Assembly: GCA_040752575.1 (NCBI GenBank)
Contig: JBFMGK010000029.1
Coordinates: 1 to 64,000 of the forward strand
Source: Candidatus Bipolaricaulota bacterium
Lineage (GTDB): Bacteria > Bipolaricaulota > Bipolaricaulia > UBA7950 > UBA9294
Length of the DNA stretch: 64,000 nt
Reading direction: 5' to 3'
Shown here: positions 19,629 to 29,461 of the stretch, piece after piece
Numbering within the stretch: position 1 is the stretch's first letter
Layout: each line of letters opens with the position of its first letter
Notes under the pieces: generated by a model
Databases searched by the model: none
What the model was told of the DNA's origin: nothing
The model's input: only the letters and a program-made list of their open reading frames with translations
Program-made: the position numbers and the translations under genes

Positions 19629-20059
19629 ACATCCGTGAGATCATGACGAAAGACCTCACGGCCGTGGAGGACGACACGCCCGTGAAGGAACTGATCTTCA
19701 TCTTTGAGAGCGCCGAGACGCCGGACATGCCGGTCATCAACGACGACGGGCGGCTCATCGGGTTTATCTCGGAGAAGGATTTGATACGAGCCGCTTTGCC
19801 GGGATACTTCGAGATGCTGCACAGCGCGTCGTTCATCCCTGACATGAATCAGATGTCAAGAAAACTGGTGAAGATTGCGGAGGAACCCATTTCGAAATAC
19901 ATGAGAAAGGATGTCGTCTTCGTCACCGAGGATGACGACGATCTGCGCGCAGCGGAACTGGTGATCCGCAAGGGAGTGAAGATCCTCCCGGTGGTCGACA
20001 AGGAGAGGCGACTTGTGGGAAGGGTTCGCCGGATTGACCTCCTGAGGAAGCTGTTGTAG
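19625..20059 (+). CDS. CBS domain protein
   Basis: IREIMTK, PVINDDGRLIGFISEKDL, LPVVDKERRLVGRVRRIDLL. Confidence 0.9.
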   Translation: MNIREIMTKDLTAVEDDTPVKELIFIFESAETPDMPVINDDGRLIGFISEKDLIRAALPGYFEMLHSASFIPDMNQMSRKLVKIAEEPISKYMRKDVVFVTEDDDDLRAAELVIRKGVKILPVVDKERRLVGRVRRIDLLRKLL

Positions 20060-22543
20060 TTGATGTCTGAGAGCTCGCCCTGTTGGCGGGGCGACTTCCT
20101 TGCTGTCTGTGGCGCGGAGCGCGCCGCGTTTGCCGATGGGCGCCCGGGTCGCAACTCCGGAGGGGGACTCGTCGTCTTCTATGGCGGCGCTTGTGACGAC
20201 CCCCGCGGGCTGGACGCAGAGCCGCTCGTTCGCGCCCTGTTCCCACGTTGGACGGACTTCGCGTTCTCGACGGCATGCGCTGCCTTGGGCGTGAGCTGCC
20301 CCGCGCCGGCCTTGGCGCTAGGGCAGCTGTTTCTGCGCATCCTCGACGAGGCGGCGACGCTGGACCGTGACGTTCTCGCTCTGATCGCTCATCTGCTGGG
20401 AGGCACAGCCGGGGCGGTCCTGCTTGAGGTGGCGGCTGCGCCTCGCCGCGAGCCCGGCCTGCGGGAGTCGGGGTCCGTCGAGTGCGGGCAGGGCGAGCGA
20501 CCGGGAGACGGGCTCGTGCGGTCGAGCGATCCGTGGGAACCCTTGGCTCGTTCCCACCCGCGGTTTGAGGATCGCCCGGGTCAACGGTATATGGAAAGGA
20601 AAGTCGCCGAGTGCCTTGCCGGGGGCGGCGCGCTGCTCGTCGAGGCGGGTCCTGGGACGGGGAAAACGTATGCGTATCTGCTTCCGGCGCTGGCGCACCT
20701 TGAGGCGAACCCCGACGATCGCGTAGTGATCTGCACGCGGACCAAGCAGCTTCAGGAACAGATCTTCTTCAAAGATCTTCCCTTCCTTCTTCTGCATACT
20801 GGGTCGAAGGCGCGGACGGCCGTCCTCAAGGGGAGGGAGAACTACCTATGCCTTCGGAAGTGGGAACTCGCCGTACGGGAGATCACCGATACGCCGGCCC
20901 TGCGGGGACTCGCTTCCTTGGCGCCGCTCGGGCGATGGCTGTTCGACACGGAGGCGGGAGACATCGACGAGAATACCGGTTTCCTTTCGCAGGCGGGAGC
21001 CGAGGAAATGTGGCCGCGTCTCTCCGACTCCGCGGCCACGTGCACCGGATCGGCCTGCGTTCACGCGGAGGAGTGCTTCTCCATCCAGGCGCGGCGTCGA
21101 GCGAGGCAAGCCGGACTCGTGGTCGTGAACCACTCGCTGCTGGCGGCGGATGCGTCGGCAGGGCGCTCGATTCTGGGGCGAGTCGACCGTCTCATTGTGG
21201 ATGAGGCCCACGCGTTGGAGGGCGCGGCCCGATCGGCGTTTAGCGAGACCCTCTCGATGCGTCGCGTCGAGCGGCTGGTGGAGGCCCTCGCCCCCGCGCA
21301 GGGTAGCCGGAGGCCGTCGTGGCTCGATCGCCTTCCGGTGCGCGGCGAGACAGAAGGGCGAGAGCGCGTGACGCGTGCGGCGGTGGATGCCGAAACGCAG
21401 GCCCGTCGCCTCTTCCGCAAGGCGAGCGCCGAGCTTCCCGAGGCACGTCGCGGAAGCCTTGCGGGGGGCGCTCTGTGGACGCGGGAATTAGATCCATTGC
21501 GTTCGACCCTACGAAGGTGGGAGCTCGACATGGAGCGTACGCTCGAGGACCTGGGAGATGAGCCCGAATTGGCGCGCGAGGGGGAGCTTGGGCTGGATGG
21601 CATTCGGCAGATCGGGGCGGTGGCAGAAGCGCTTGTGCGAGGTCAAGTGGAAGGGGAGGTGCACTGGTATGAGCGCGATGGGGGAAGCGTTGATCTTCAT
21701 GTGACGCCCCTTTCCGTCGCCACGAAGCTGGCGTCGATGGTCTACGAGGGTCTCGGATCCCTGATTCTGACCTCGGCGACGTTGTCGTCGGTAGGCGGCT
21801 TCCGATATGTCCGCGAGGCTCTGGGCGTCGACGCGGCGTTCTCGTCGGTCGAAGAGGTCCAGGTCGCGAGCACGTTCGCCTATGGAAAGCGGATGAGGAT
21901 CCTCGCGCCGACAGACTTCCCGTCCGTGCGCGACGAGGCGGGCGCCTACGCCGAGCGCCTCGCCGAGCTTCTGGTGGGGCTTACTCGCGCTCTCGCCCGC
22001 AACACGTTGGTCCTCTTCACCTCGTTCGAGTTGCTGTTCGATGTGCGAGAGCGCGTTCACCGACTTGTGCCTACCCTGGCCCAAGGCATTGATGGACCGC
22101 GAGGAGCTCTTGTGGAGCAGTTCCGGCGGGGGGGCGCCTCGTTGCTCCTTGGAACGGATAGCTTCTGGGAGGGCGTCGATTTCCCGGGGGAAGAGCTCGA
22201 AGTCCTTGTCGTGACGCGCCTTCCGTTTCCCGTGCCGAGTGATCCCGTATTCGCGGCGCTGTGTGACGACGCCGAGAGAAAGGGGAGGGACGCATTCTTG
22301 GACCTCTCGATGCCGCTGGCGGTTCTGCGCCTTCGCCAGGGAATCGGGCGGCTCATCCGCACATCAGATGACCAAGGAGTCGTCGTGATCACCGACGAGC
22401 GGATTCTCCATCGATCTTACGGGAACCGCTTTCGCGAAGCCCTTCCCACTTCGATCGACGCCGTCCGCGGGACGGACGGCGTCGTGCGCGCGGCGGTAGA
22501 GTGGTTCGAGGGGACGTCGACGGGAACGGCGAGTTCGGATTGA
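20060..22543 (+). CDS. DinG/YoaA family ATP-dependent DNA helicase
   Basis: EAGPGTGKT, KGRENYLC plus Fe-S cysteines, VVNHSLL, DEAH, TSATL, LFTS, FWEGVD, RLPFPVP, QGIGRLIR. Confidence 0.92.
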   Translation: MMSESSPCWRGDFLAVCGAERAAFADGRPGRNSGGGLVVFYGGACDDPRGLDAEPLVRALFPRWTDFAFSTACAALGVSCPAPALALGQLFLRILDEAATLDRDVLALIAHLLGGTAGAVLLEVAAAPRREPGLRESGSVECGQGERPGDGLVRSSDPWEPLARSHPRFEDRPGQRYMERKVAECLAGGGALLVEAGPGTGKTYAYLLPALAHLEANPDDRVVICTRTKQLQEQIFFKDLPFLLLHTGSKARTAVLKGRENYLCLRKWELAVREITDTPALRGLASLAPLGRWLFDTEAGDIDENTGFLSQAGAEEMWPRLSDSAATCTGSACVHAEECFSIQARRRARQAGLVVVNHSLLAADASAGRSILGRVDRLIVDEAHALEGAARSAFSETLSMRRVERLVEALAPAQGSRRPSWLDRLPVRGETEGRERVTRAAVDAETQARRLFRKASAELPEARRGSLAGGALWTRELDPLRSTLRRWELDMERTLEDLGDEPELAREGELGLDGIRQIGAVAEALVRGQVEGEVHWYERDGGSVDLHVTPLSVATKLASMVYEGLGSLILTSATLSSVGGFRYVREALGVDAAFSSVEEVQVASTFAYGKRMRILAPTDFPSVRDEAGAYAERLAELLVGLTRALARNTLVLFTSFELLFDVRERVHRLVPTLAQGIDGPRGALVEQFRRGGASLLLGTDSFWEGVDFPGEELEVLVVTRLPFPVPSDPVFAALCDDAERKGRDAFLDLSMPLAVLRLRQGIGRLIRTSDDQGVVVITDERILHRSYGNRFREALPTSIDAVRGTDGVVRAAVEWFEGTSTGTASSD

Positions 22544-22568
22544 CTTCGCCAGTGAGGGTCGGTAGAAT
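22540..22568 (+). promoter_or_regulatory. Sigma70-type promoter upstream of GT2-rpiB-rho run
   Basis: TTGACT-N17-TAGAAT. Confidence 0.7.
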
Positions 22569-22620
22569 GCAGACATCCGGGTTCTCTTCCCAGACCAGAT
22601 CCAAAGAAACCAAAGACTTG

Positions 22621-23256
22621 ATGGGCGTTTCCGCAGTCATACCAGCGTACAACGAAGCCGAGAGAATCGGGGCGGTTCTTGGCCCCGTCCTCGACAGCCG
22701 GCTTGTCGACGAAGTGATCGTCGTGGATGACGGATCCACGGACGGGACCGCCGACGCCGCGAGGTGTTTCCCCGTCAAGGTCGTGAGCCTCCCCGAAAAC
22801 CGGGGCAAGGCATCGGCGCTTGAGGCGGGCGTCGCCGAGGCGAAGAGCGACGTGTTCTTGTTTCTCGACGCGGACCTTGTCGGGCTTCGCCCGGAGCACG
22901 TCGACCGCCTCGTACGGGCCTACGTGGACGGCGGGCTCGACATGGTGGTCGGAGTGTTCTCGGATGGTCGGAGGAACACGGATCTGGCACAGAAGATCAA
23001 CCCGTACGCGTCGGGCCAGCGCGTGTTGCCCCGGCGCCTCTGGGAGCGAGCCAACGAGAACGTCCACAAGATGAACTTCGGGATCGAAATCGCTCTCTCG
23101 CGGCTGGCCGCCAAAGAGGGTTGGGCGAAGGAGTACGTGAAGCTCGACGGCGTGACGCACGTTCTCAAGGAAGAGAAGCGGGGCTTCGCACGGGGTTTGG
23201 CCGATCGGCTCCGAATGTACGGAGACATGCTGAAGTGGCTCTTCAAGAAGGTGTAA
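22621..23256 (+). CDS. GT2 family glycosyltransferase
   Basis: SAVIPAYNEA, VVDDGSTDGT, NRGK, FLDAD, SGQR. Confidence 0.9.
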   Translation: MGVSAVIPAYNEAERIGAVLGPVLDSRLVDEVIVVDDGSTDGTADAARCFPVKVVSLPENRGKASALEAGVAEAKSDVFLFLDADLVGLRPEHVDRLVRAYVDGGLDMVVGVFSDGRRNTDLAQKINPYASGQRVLPRRLWERANENVHKMNFGIEIALSRLAAKEGWAKEYVKLDGVTHVLKEEKRGFARGLADRLRMYGDMLKWLFKKV

Positions 23257-23688
23257 ATGAGGATTGCGGTTGGCTGCGATCACACAGGAGTCGCCCTTAA
23301 GGTGGCGCTTCAGGACACTGTGTTGGCCGAGCACAGTGTCCTGGATGTCGGAACGGACTCGACGGAGTCCGTTGATTACCCGGACATCGCGCGCGCGGTC
23401 GTCGACGCCCTTCGGCGTGGTGAGGCCGAACGGGGGATCTTGATCTGCGGGACCGGGATCGGCATGGCCATGGCCGCAGGCCGACGTCGCGGGATTCGAG
23501 CGGCCGTGTGCACGGACCCCTACATGGCGACGATGAGCCGGCGGCACAACGACGCGAACGTTCTCTGCCTGGGCGCGCGGGTTCTGGGTTCTGGACTTGC
23601 CGAGGCGATCGTCCAGGAGTGGTTGGCGGCTGAGTTCGATGGGGGACGGCACGCGCGACGCGTGGAGAAGATCGAGACGCTCGCGTGA
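23257..23688 (+). CDS. rpiB: Ribose-5-phosphate isomerase B
   Basis: GCDHTG, SVDYPD, ICGTGIGM, RRHNDANVLCLG, FDGGRHARRV. Confidence 0.95.
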   Translation: MRIAVGCDHTGVALKVALQDTVLAEHSVLDVGTDSTESVDYPDIARAVVDALRRGEAERGILICGTGIGMAMAAGRRRGIRAAVCTDPYMATMSRRHNDANVLCLGARVLGSGLAEAIVQEWLAAEFDGGRHARRVEKIETLA

Positions 23689-23759
23689 AATCGGGTCCTC
23701 GGACGGGACCAGACACCCGACCCGAATGCGCCGAGGGTCAACCTACGAGGTGACACGAG

Positions 23760-25010
23760 ATGGAAGTGAGAGAGCTACGGGCGATGTCCATCGACGAGCT
23801 GGAGGCGTTCGCCGACAAGCTCGGCATTTCGGAGTCGCGGCAGGTTGCGCGAGATGACCTCCTGCGGTCGGTCATGGCTGCAATGTCTCGCGCGAAGGAT
23901 CTCATGTTCACCGACGGGATTCTGGAGCTTCATCCCGACGGCTATGGCTTCCTGCGGAGCGACACCTGCCTGCCGGCGAAGTCCGACGTCTACGTGTCTC
24001 CGTCGCAGATCAAGCGCTTCGCGCTGCGCGACGGCGATCTTGTGACGGGGCCCGTCCGTCCACCGAAGAACGACGAACGCTACTTCGCTCTCCTCAAGGC
24101 GGACGCGGTCAACGGCAGCGACCCAGAGCAGTCACGCAGGCGCGTGCTGTTTCAGGATCTCACCCCGCTGCATCCCGATGAACACCTCAAGCTGGAACAT
24201 GACCCCAACGAGGTTTCGACAAGGATGATCGACCTGTTCTGTCCCATCGGGAAGGGGCAGCGGGGGCTGATCGTCTCTCCGCCCAAAGCCGGGAAGACGA
24301 CTCTCCTGAAGAAGATTGCGAGCGGGATCAACGCGAACCACCCGGATATCAAGCTCTTTGTGCTTCTTGTCGACGAGCGTCCCGAGGAGGTCACCGACTT
24401 CAAGCGGTCGATCAAGAACGGGGAAGTTGTCGCCGCGACCTTCGACCAAGAACCCAAGCATCACACGCGGATTGCTGAGCTTGTCACCGATCGGGCGAAG
24501 CGGCTCGTCGAGATGGGGCACGACGTCGTGATCCTCATGGACTCAATTACGCGGTTGGCCCGGGCCTACAACCTCTCGATCCCGGCCTCGGGCAAGCTCC
24601 TGTCGGGAGGAATGGACCCCACCGCGCTGTACAAGCCCAAGGAGTTCTTCGGGGCGGCTCGCAACATCGAGGAGGGAGGCAGCCTAACGATCATTGCGAC
24701 AGCACTCGTCGACACGGGAAGCAAGCTCGACCAGGTCGTGTTCGAGGAGTTCAAGGGCACAGGGAACATGGAACTCGTTCTCAATCGGGATCTGCAGAAT
24801 CGGCGGATCTTCCCGGCGATCGACATCGAGCAGAGCGGAACCCGCAAAGAAGAGCTGCTTCTCGGTGAGAAGGAATTGAAGCGCGTATGGATTCTGCGTA
24901 AGATGATCACCGAGCTGAACGACCTCCAGGCGGCCATGGGGTTCATCAAGAGCAAGATGGAGGCGACGCGGGACAACGAGCAGTTCCTCGAGCTGATGAA
25001 GGGTGACTAG
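23760..25010 (+). CDS. rho: Transcription termination factor Rho
   Basis: DGYGFLR, DVYVSPSQI, PIGKGQRGLIVSPPKAGKT, DERPEEVTD, DSITRLARAYN, FEEFKGTGNME. Confidence 0.98.
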   Translation: MEVRELRAMSIDELEAFADKLGISESRQVARDDLLRSVMAAMSRAKDLMFTDGILELHPDGYGFLRSDTCLPAKSDVYVSPSQIKRFALRDGDLVTGPVRPPKNDERYFALLKADAVNGSDPEQSRRRVLFQDLTPLHPDEHLKLEHDPNEVSTRMIDLFCPIGKGQRGLIVSPPKAGKTTLLKKIASGINANHPDIKLFVLLVDERPEEVTDFKRSIKNGEVVAATFDQEPKHHTRIAELVTDRAKRLVEMGHDVVILMDSITRLARAYNLSIPASGKLLSGGMDPTALYKPKEFFGAARNIEEGGSLTIIATALVDTGSKLDQVVFEEFKGTGNMELVLNRDLQNRRIFPAIDIEQSGTRKEELLLGEKELKRVWILRKMITELNDLQAAMGFIKSKMEATRDNEQFLELMKGD

Positions 25011-26109
25011 TCAAGCGCGGTACGGAAGCCGAAGCCCGAAGCCGGTCCGTAAGGATCGCGTGTTGATCGCCCTTCTCATCCTCGCGGCGGTCATTGCGAT
25101 TCCGTTCCTCGCCCGTCTTGGCGGCAACCGCACGAGCGAGGAAGGACTGGATGTCGTTTCGGGCGGCCAGACCGTGGGTCAGGTGGGAGCCGCGACTCCG
25201 GAAGCGACCTCAACGCCCACTGCGGTTGGCGACGTGCAATCGGTGGTCGATGAGCTGCTCTCCGGCCCCGAGGCATCGGCCTCGCCTGCGGCACCGGCTT
25301 CCGCGGCGACGCCGGCCGCAGCTTCGGCGCCGGTCGCCTCCGGCTCTTCCAGCGCGGCGTCGACGACGCCGAACTCGATCCAGAGCTACACGGTGAAGGC
25401 GGGCGACACGGTCCAGCGAATCGCGTCGTCGCTTGGCGTCAGCGCTCGGGATCTCCGCGCGTCGAATCAGCTGTTCGAGAGCGACTCGCTGCAGGTCGGC
25501 AAAGTGCTGTACGCGTCGAAGGACGGGCTCGTCCACACCATCAAGTCGGGTCAGACGCTGTCGGACATCTCCGTCACGTACGGAGTTTCGGCGAATGCGA
25601 TTGCGATGGCGAACGGGATCGCAACCTCCTCGACGATCTTCGCCGGTTCGAGGCTTGTCATTCCGGGGGCAAGTTCCGCCTTCTGGGACACCGTGGACAA
25701 GCTCGCGCACGGGCGGGCAACGCTTTTCTCGTGGCCTCTCGAGGGCGAGGTTGTGTCGACGTACGGATGGCGAGACCATCCGGTGCTCGACATGCGACAC
25801 CATCACGATGGGATCGATCTCGACGTCCCAGAGGGGACGACGGTGTACGCGTCGGCTCCCGGGGAGGTCTACTATTACGGCGAGCAACCAGGGTACGGGA
25901 ACGTCCTCATCCTGGAACACGCGACGAACTACTACACCCTCTATGGGCACCTGTCCTCGTCGCTCGTTCGCGTCGGGCAGTACGTCGAGCGCAGCCAGCG
26001 CGTGGCGCTAACGGGAAACACAGGCATCTCGTCAGGTCCGCATCTGCACTTCGAGCTGCGCAACGGCGAGTTTCCCCTCGATCCGCTGCAAGTTCTTCCT
26101 GTGCCCTAG
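25003..26109 (+). CDS. LysM + M23 peptidoglycan endopeptidase
   Basis: N-terminal TM, Ala/Ser/Pro linker, two LysM repeats, HDGID and GPHLHFE motifs. Confidence 0.92.
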   Translation: MTSQARYGSRSPKPVRKDRVLIALLILAAVIAIPFLARLGGNRTSEEGLDVVSGGQTVGQVGAATPEATSTPTAVGDVQSVVDELLSGPEASASPAAPASAATPAAASAPVASGSSSAASTTPNSIQSYTVKAGDTVQRIASSLGVSARDLRASNQLFESDSLQVGKVLYASKDGLVHTIKSGQTLSDISVTYGVSANAIAMANGIATSSTIFAGSRLVIPGASSAFWDTVDKLAHGRATLFSWPLEGEVVSTYGWRDHPVLDMRHHHDGIDLDVPEGTTVYASAPGEVYYYGEQPGYGNVLILEHATNYYTLYGHLSSSLVRVGQYVERSQRVALTGNTGISSGPHLHFELRNGEFPLDPLQVLPVP

Positions 26110-26114
26110 CCTCC

Positions 26115-27362
26115 ATGGAAGTTCTCGTTGTCGAGGGGGGGAGGCGGCTGGCGGGGCGCGTGACGGTCGAGGGCGCCAAGAATGCGGCGCTGCCTGCCTG
26201 CGTCGCTTCGCTTCTCGTCGACGACCCGCTCGTGCTCCACAGAGTCCCGCAGATCCGCGATGTCAGCATGATGTTGTACACGTTGGGGTCGCTGCGCAAG
26301 CGCGTCGTTCGGCACGGCGGCGGCGTCGTGATCTCCGAGGACGGTCCGCTGGCGGGCGAGGCCAGCGCTTTCTCGGTGAGAACCATGCGCGCCTCGTTTA
26401 TCGTCCTCGGGCCGCTGGTCGCGCGACGGGGACGCGCGGTCGTCCCGCTGCCCGGCGGCTGCTCGATCGGGGCACGGCCGGTGGACTTCCACCTGAACGG
26501 GCTACGCGCTCTCGGCGCCTCGGTCGACGAGAGTCCCGGAGTCGTTACGGTCACCGCCGAACGCCTTCGGGGGACGAGAATCGAGCTCCCGTTTCCATCA
26601 GTCGGCGCGACGGAACACCTGTTGATGACCGGGACGCTGGCCGAAGGGGTTACCGAGATTGTGAACGCCGCTGTGGATCCCGAGGTGATGGATCTCGTCG
26701 AGCTGCTCCGGGTCATGGGCGCCGAGATCGAGGTCGAGGGGCGGGTCCTCCGTGTCGCCGCGTCTCGGCTTCACGGAGCAGAGTACACGATCATTCCGGA
26801 TCGCATGGAAGCTGGAACGCTGCTCCTTGCCGGGGCGGCGACACGGGGAGAGGTGACCGCAGAGGGGGTGCGCCTCGATCACATGACGGCCTTTCTCGAT
26901 GCCGTAGAGGCGATGGGGGCGGATGTCGCAGCTGAAGGGGACTGCGTGACCGTCGCCGCGGGAGGGGGAATCCGCGGTGTCGAGATCAAGACGGGACCGC
27001 ACCCCGAGTTTCCCACGGATCTTCACCCCCAGACGGCCGCCGCGCTGGCGACTGCTGAGGGGGCCAGCAGAATCCTCGAGACGGTGTTCGAGGGGCGAAC
27101 GACCTACGTCGAGGGCCTGCGTGCCTTGGGGGCACAGATCACGACGGCCGGTCGTTCCGTGACGATCCACGGTTCACCTCGCCTGCGCGGCGCGACGGTC
27201 GCAGCGCCGGACATTCGAGCCGGCGCCGCTCTTGTGATCGGCGCGCTGGCCGCCGACGGCTCAAGCAAGCTTTCCGGGCTCGAACACATCGAGCGGGGCT
27301 ACGAAAGACTGGGCGAGAAACTCGAGTCGCTGGGGGCCTTGGTTGAACGATACGCAGCGTGA
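26115..27362 (+). CDS. murA: UDP-N-acetylglucosamine 1-carboxyvinyltransferase
   Basis: GAKNAALP, MRAS, LPGGCSIGARPVDFH, SVGATE, PDRMEAGT, FPTD, DIRAGA, HIERGYE. Confidence 0.96.
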   Translation: MEVLVVEGGRRLAGRVTVEGAKNAALPACVASLLVDDPLVLHRVPQIRDVSMMLYTLGSLRKRVVRHGGGVVISEDGPLAGEASAFSVRTMRASFIVLGPLVARRGRAVVPLPGGCSIGARPVDFHLNGLRALGASVDESPGVVTVTAERLRGTRIELPFPSVGATEHLLMTGTLAEGVTEIVNAAVDPEVMDLVELLRVMGAEIEVEGRVLRVAASRLHGAEYTIIPDRMEAGTLLLAGAATRGEVTAEGVRLDHMTAFLDAVEAMGADVAAEGDCVTVAAGGGIRGVEIKTGPHPEFPTDLHPQTAAALATAEGASRILETVFEGRTTYVEGLRALGAQITTAGRSVTIHGSPRLRGATVAAPDIRAGAALVIGALAADGSSKLSGLEHIERGYERLGEKLESLGALVERYAA

Positions 27363-28677
27363 CGGGACTCGGCGGCCGCTTGTCGAGGACTACCTCGGTA
27401 CGCGGGCTCGCGTCTACGGGACGGAGCAGGCCATTCTCGTTGCCGTGGTAGAGAGTGGCGACGGCGCCTCCGTGCTCGACGAACTTGCGGCGCTGGCCGA
27501 CACGGCCGGCGTCCCGACGCTGGCGACGGTTGTTCAGAAGCGGGCTCGCCCTGACGGTGCGACCTTTGTCGGCAAGGGCAAGCTTGAGGAGGTCCGTGCC
27601 GCGGCAGACGAGGTCGGCGCAGACGTGGCGATCTTCAGTGACGACCTGACGCCGAGCCAGGCACGGAACCTTGAGGAAGGCCTCGCCATCAAGGTGATCG
27701 ACCGCACGCAGCTGATCCTCGACATCTTCGCACAGCGTGCCGCGACGAAGGAGTCGAAGCTTCAGGTGGAGCTTGCGCAGCTGCGCTATCTTCTGCCCCG
27801 GCTTCGCGGATGGGGACAAGCCCTGACACGAGCCGGAGCCGGCATTGGCACGCGGGGACCGGGCGAGACCAAGTTGGAGATCGATCGCGAGAAGATTCGC
27901 AGGCGGATTCACGCCATCGAGCGGCGCCTGCGGGAAGCGACGGGCGAGCGCGCGGTCCGACGAAAGCGGAGGGAGACGGGCGAGGTACCTCAGGTCGTCC
28001 TCGTCGGCTACACCAACAGCGGCAAGTCGACGCTGTTGACCCGCCTGGCGGGTGCGGAGACGCTCATCGAGGATCGCCTCTTCGCCACGCTGGACACGCT
28101 CGTTCGGCGGACGTCTGTAGCTCTGGGCCGGGAGGTGTTGCTCGTCGACAGCGTGGGGTTCATCCGCGATCTTCCGCACCAGTTGATCCCCGCGTTTGGT
28201 GCGACGCTTGAGGCCGTGAGAGCCGCGGACCTTCTCCTTCACGTAGTTGACGTCGCGCGAGCCTCATGGTCCGAAGACTATCGCTCGGTGATCGGGACCC
28301 TCGAGGAGCAGGTCTTCGCGCGCGGAAGCGAGCGTCCGCCAATCCTGAACGTCCTGAATAAGATCGATGCCGTTCCGCCGGGCGCCGTCCCGAACCTGGA
28401 GGGAGTGGCGATCTCGGCGCGGGAAGGCATCCACCTGGAAACGCTTCGGGAACGGATAGCGAACCTCGTCTTCCCAGACGATCGCGAAGCCGAGCTCCTC
28501 GTTCCGTACACCGTGAGCGCCGGCTGGCCCGGACTCTGGGATGGAAAGAGGGTCGTCGTTGTCGAGCACGGCGAGCGCGGGACCGTGGTGCGCGGGCGGT
28601 TCTCCGCGTCGGAGTTGGAGGCGGCGACGGCGCGCGGCGCCGAACTCAGGCTTCTTCCCGCGTCGGCAGAGGAGTGA
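27343..28677 (+). CDS. hflX: GTPase HflX
   Basis: DRTQLILDIFAQRA, GTRGPGETKLE, GYTNSGKST, LFATLD, DSVGFI, NKID; TTG start uncertain. Confidence 0.95.
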   Translation: MNDTQRDGTRRPLVEDYLGTRARVYGTEQAILVAVVESGDGASVLDELAALADTAGVPTLATVVQKRARPDGATFVGKGKLEEVRAAADEVGADVAIFSDDLTPSQARNLEEGLAIKVIDRTQLILDIFAQRAATKESKLQVELAQLRYLLPRLRGWGQALTRAGAGIGTRGPGETKLEIDREKIRRRIHAIERRLREATGERAVRRKRRETGEVPQVVLVGYTNSGKSTLLTRLAGAETLIEDRLFATLDTLVRRTSVALGREVLLVDSVGFIRDLPHQLIPAFGATLEAVRAADLLLHVVDVARASWSEDYRSVIGTLEEQVFARGSERPPILNVLNKIDAVPPGAVPNLEGVAISAREGIHLETLRERIANLVFPDDREAELLVPYTVSAGWPGLWDGKRVVVVEHGERGTVVRGRFSASELEAATARGAELRLLPASAEE

Positions 28678-29461
28678 CCTCGTTCACGTCGAGCGTGACT
28701 CGGTCCCGGTCCTCGGTCACCATCGTGACGGTGCGCGCGAAGACGCTGTGAGCCACGACCTTCCCCTGTTTCCCTCGGGCCATGACCATCGCGCCCAGCT
28801 TGGGGAGTTCCGCAAGTTCCGCGAGGTAGGTGTCGCGTTCATAGGCAAGGCAACACATGAGACGACCGCAAAGGCCCGTGATTCTCTCGGGAGAGACGAA
28901 CAGCTCCTGGTCGTAGGCGTACTCCATCGGGATCGGTTTTGGATCGCGAAGAAAGCGATGGCAACAGATCTCGAGGCCGCATCGCCCCAGCCCTCCCCGC
29001 AGCCGCGCTTCGTCGCGCGTCCCCATCTGGCGAAGCTCGATTCGCGTTCCGAAGCGGCTGGCCAGGTCGCGGAGGAGTTCGCGGAAGTCGACCCGGTGCG
29101 GCGCGGTGAAGTGGATGCGCAGGACCTTCCGGTCGAGCGAGTAGACGGCGGCGACCAGATGCATCGGGAGACCGTGACGAGTCACTGCCTCGCGGATCGC
29201 GCGTAGTGCCCGCTCCGCGTCGGCCTGGTTGTACTGGTGCGCCTCGATGTCTGCATCGGCCGCCGGGCGAACAACGCGTTCGAGTTGCCCGCGCAGACCT
29301 TCGTCGGCGGAGAGCTCGCGTTCCACAACGCCCAAGGCGAGGCCCCCGTGGTCGACGACGCAGCGGTCCCCGGGACGCACGGGGACGTCTGCGGCATCGA
29401 ACAACGCGGATTCCCGCTCGGCGCCGAGTAGCCGGACGAGGACATAGCGTTCAACGGGCAT
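28646..29461 (-). CDS. ricT: PSP1 domain protein (RicT/YaaT family)
   Basis: FTAPHRVDFRELL, RIELRQMGTRDEA, GLGRCG.EICC, ITGLCGRLMCCLAYE; follows holB. Confidence 0.88.
   Translation of the reverse strand: MPVERYVLVRLLGAERESALFDAADVPVRPGDRCVVDHGGLALGVVERELSADEGLRGQLERVVRPAADADIEAHQYNQADAERALRAIREAVTRHGLPMHLVAAVYSLDRKVLRIHFTAPHRVDFRELLRDLASRFGTRIELRQMGTRDEARLRGGLGRCGLEICCHRFLRDPKPIPMEYAYDQELFVSPERITGLCGRLMCCLAYERDTYLAELAELPKLGAMVMARGKQGKVVAHSVFARTVTMVTEDRDRVTLDVNEVTPLPTREEA

Noticed and set aside
25190..25380. Low-complexity GC repeats in the LysM/M23 gene
   Set aside because: Encodes an ordinary Ala/Ser/Pro/Thr linker
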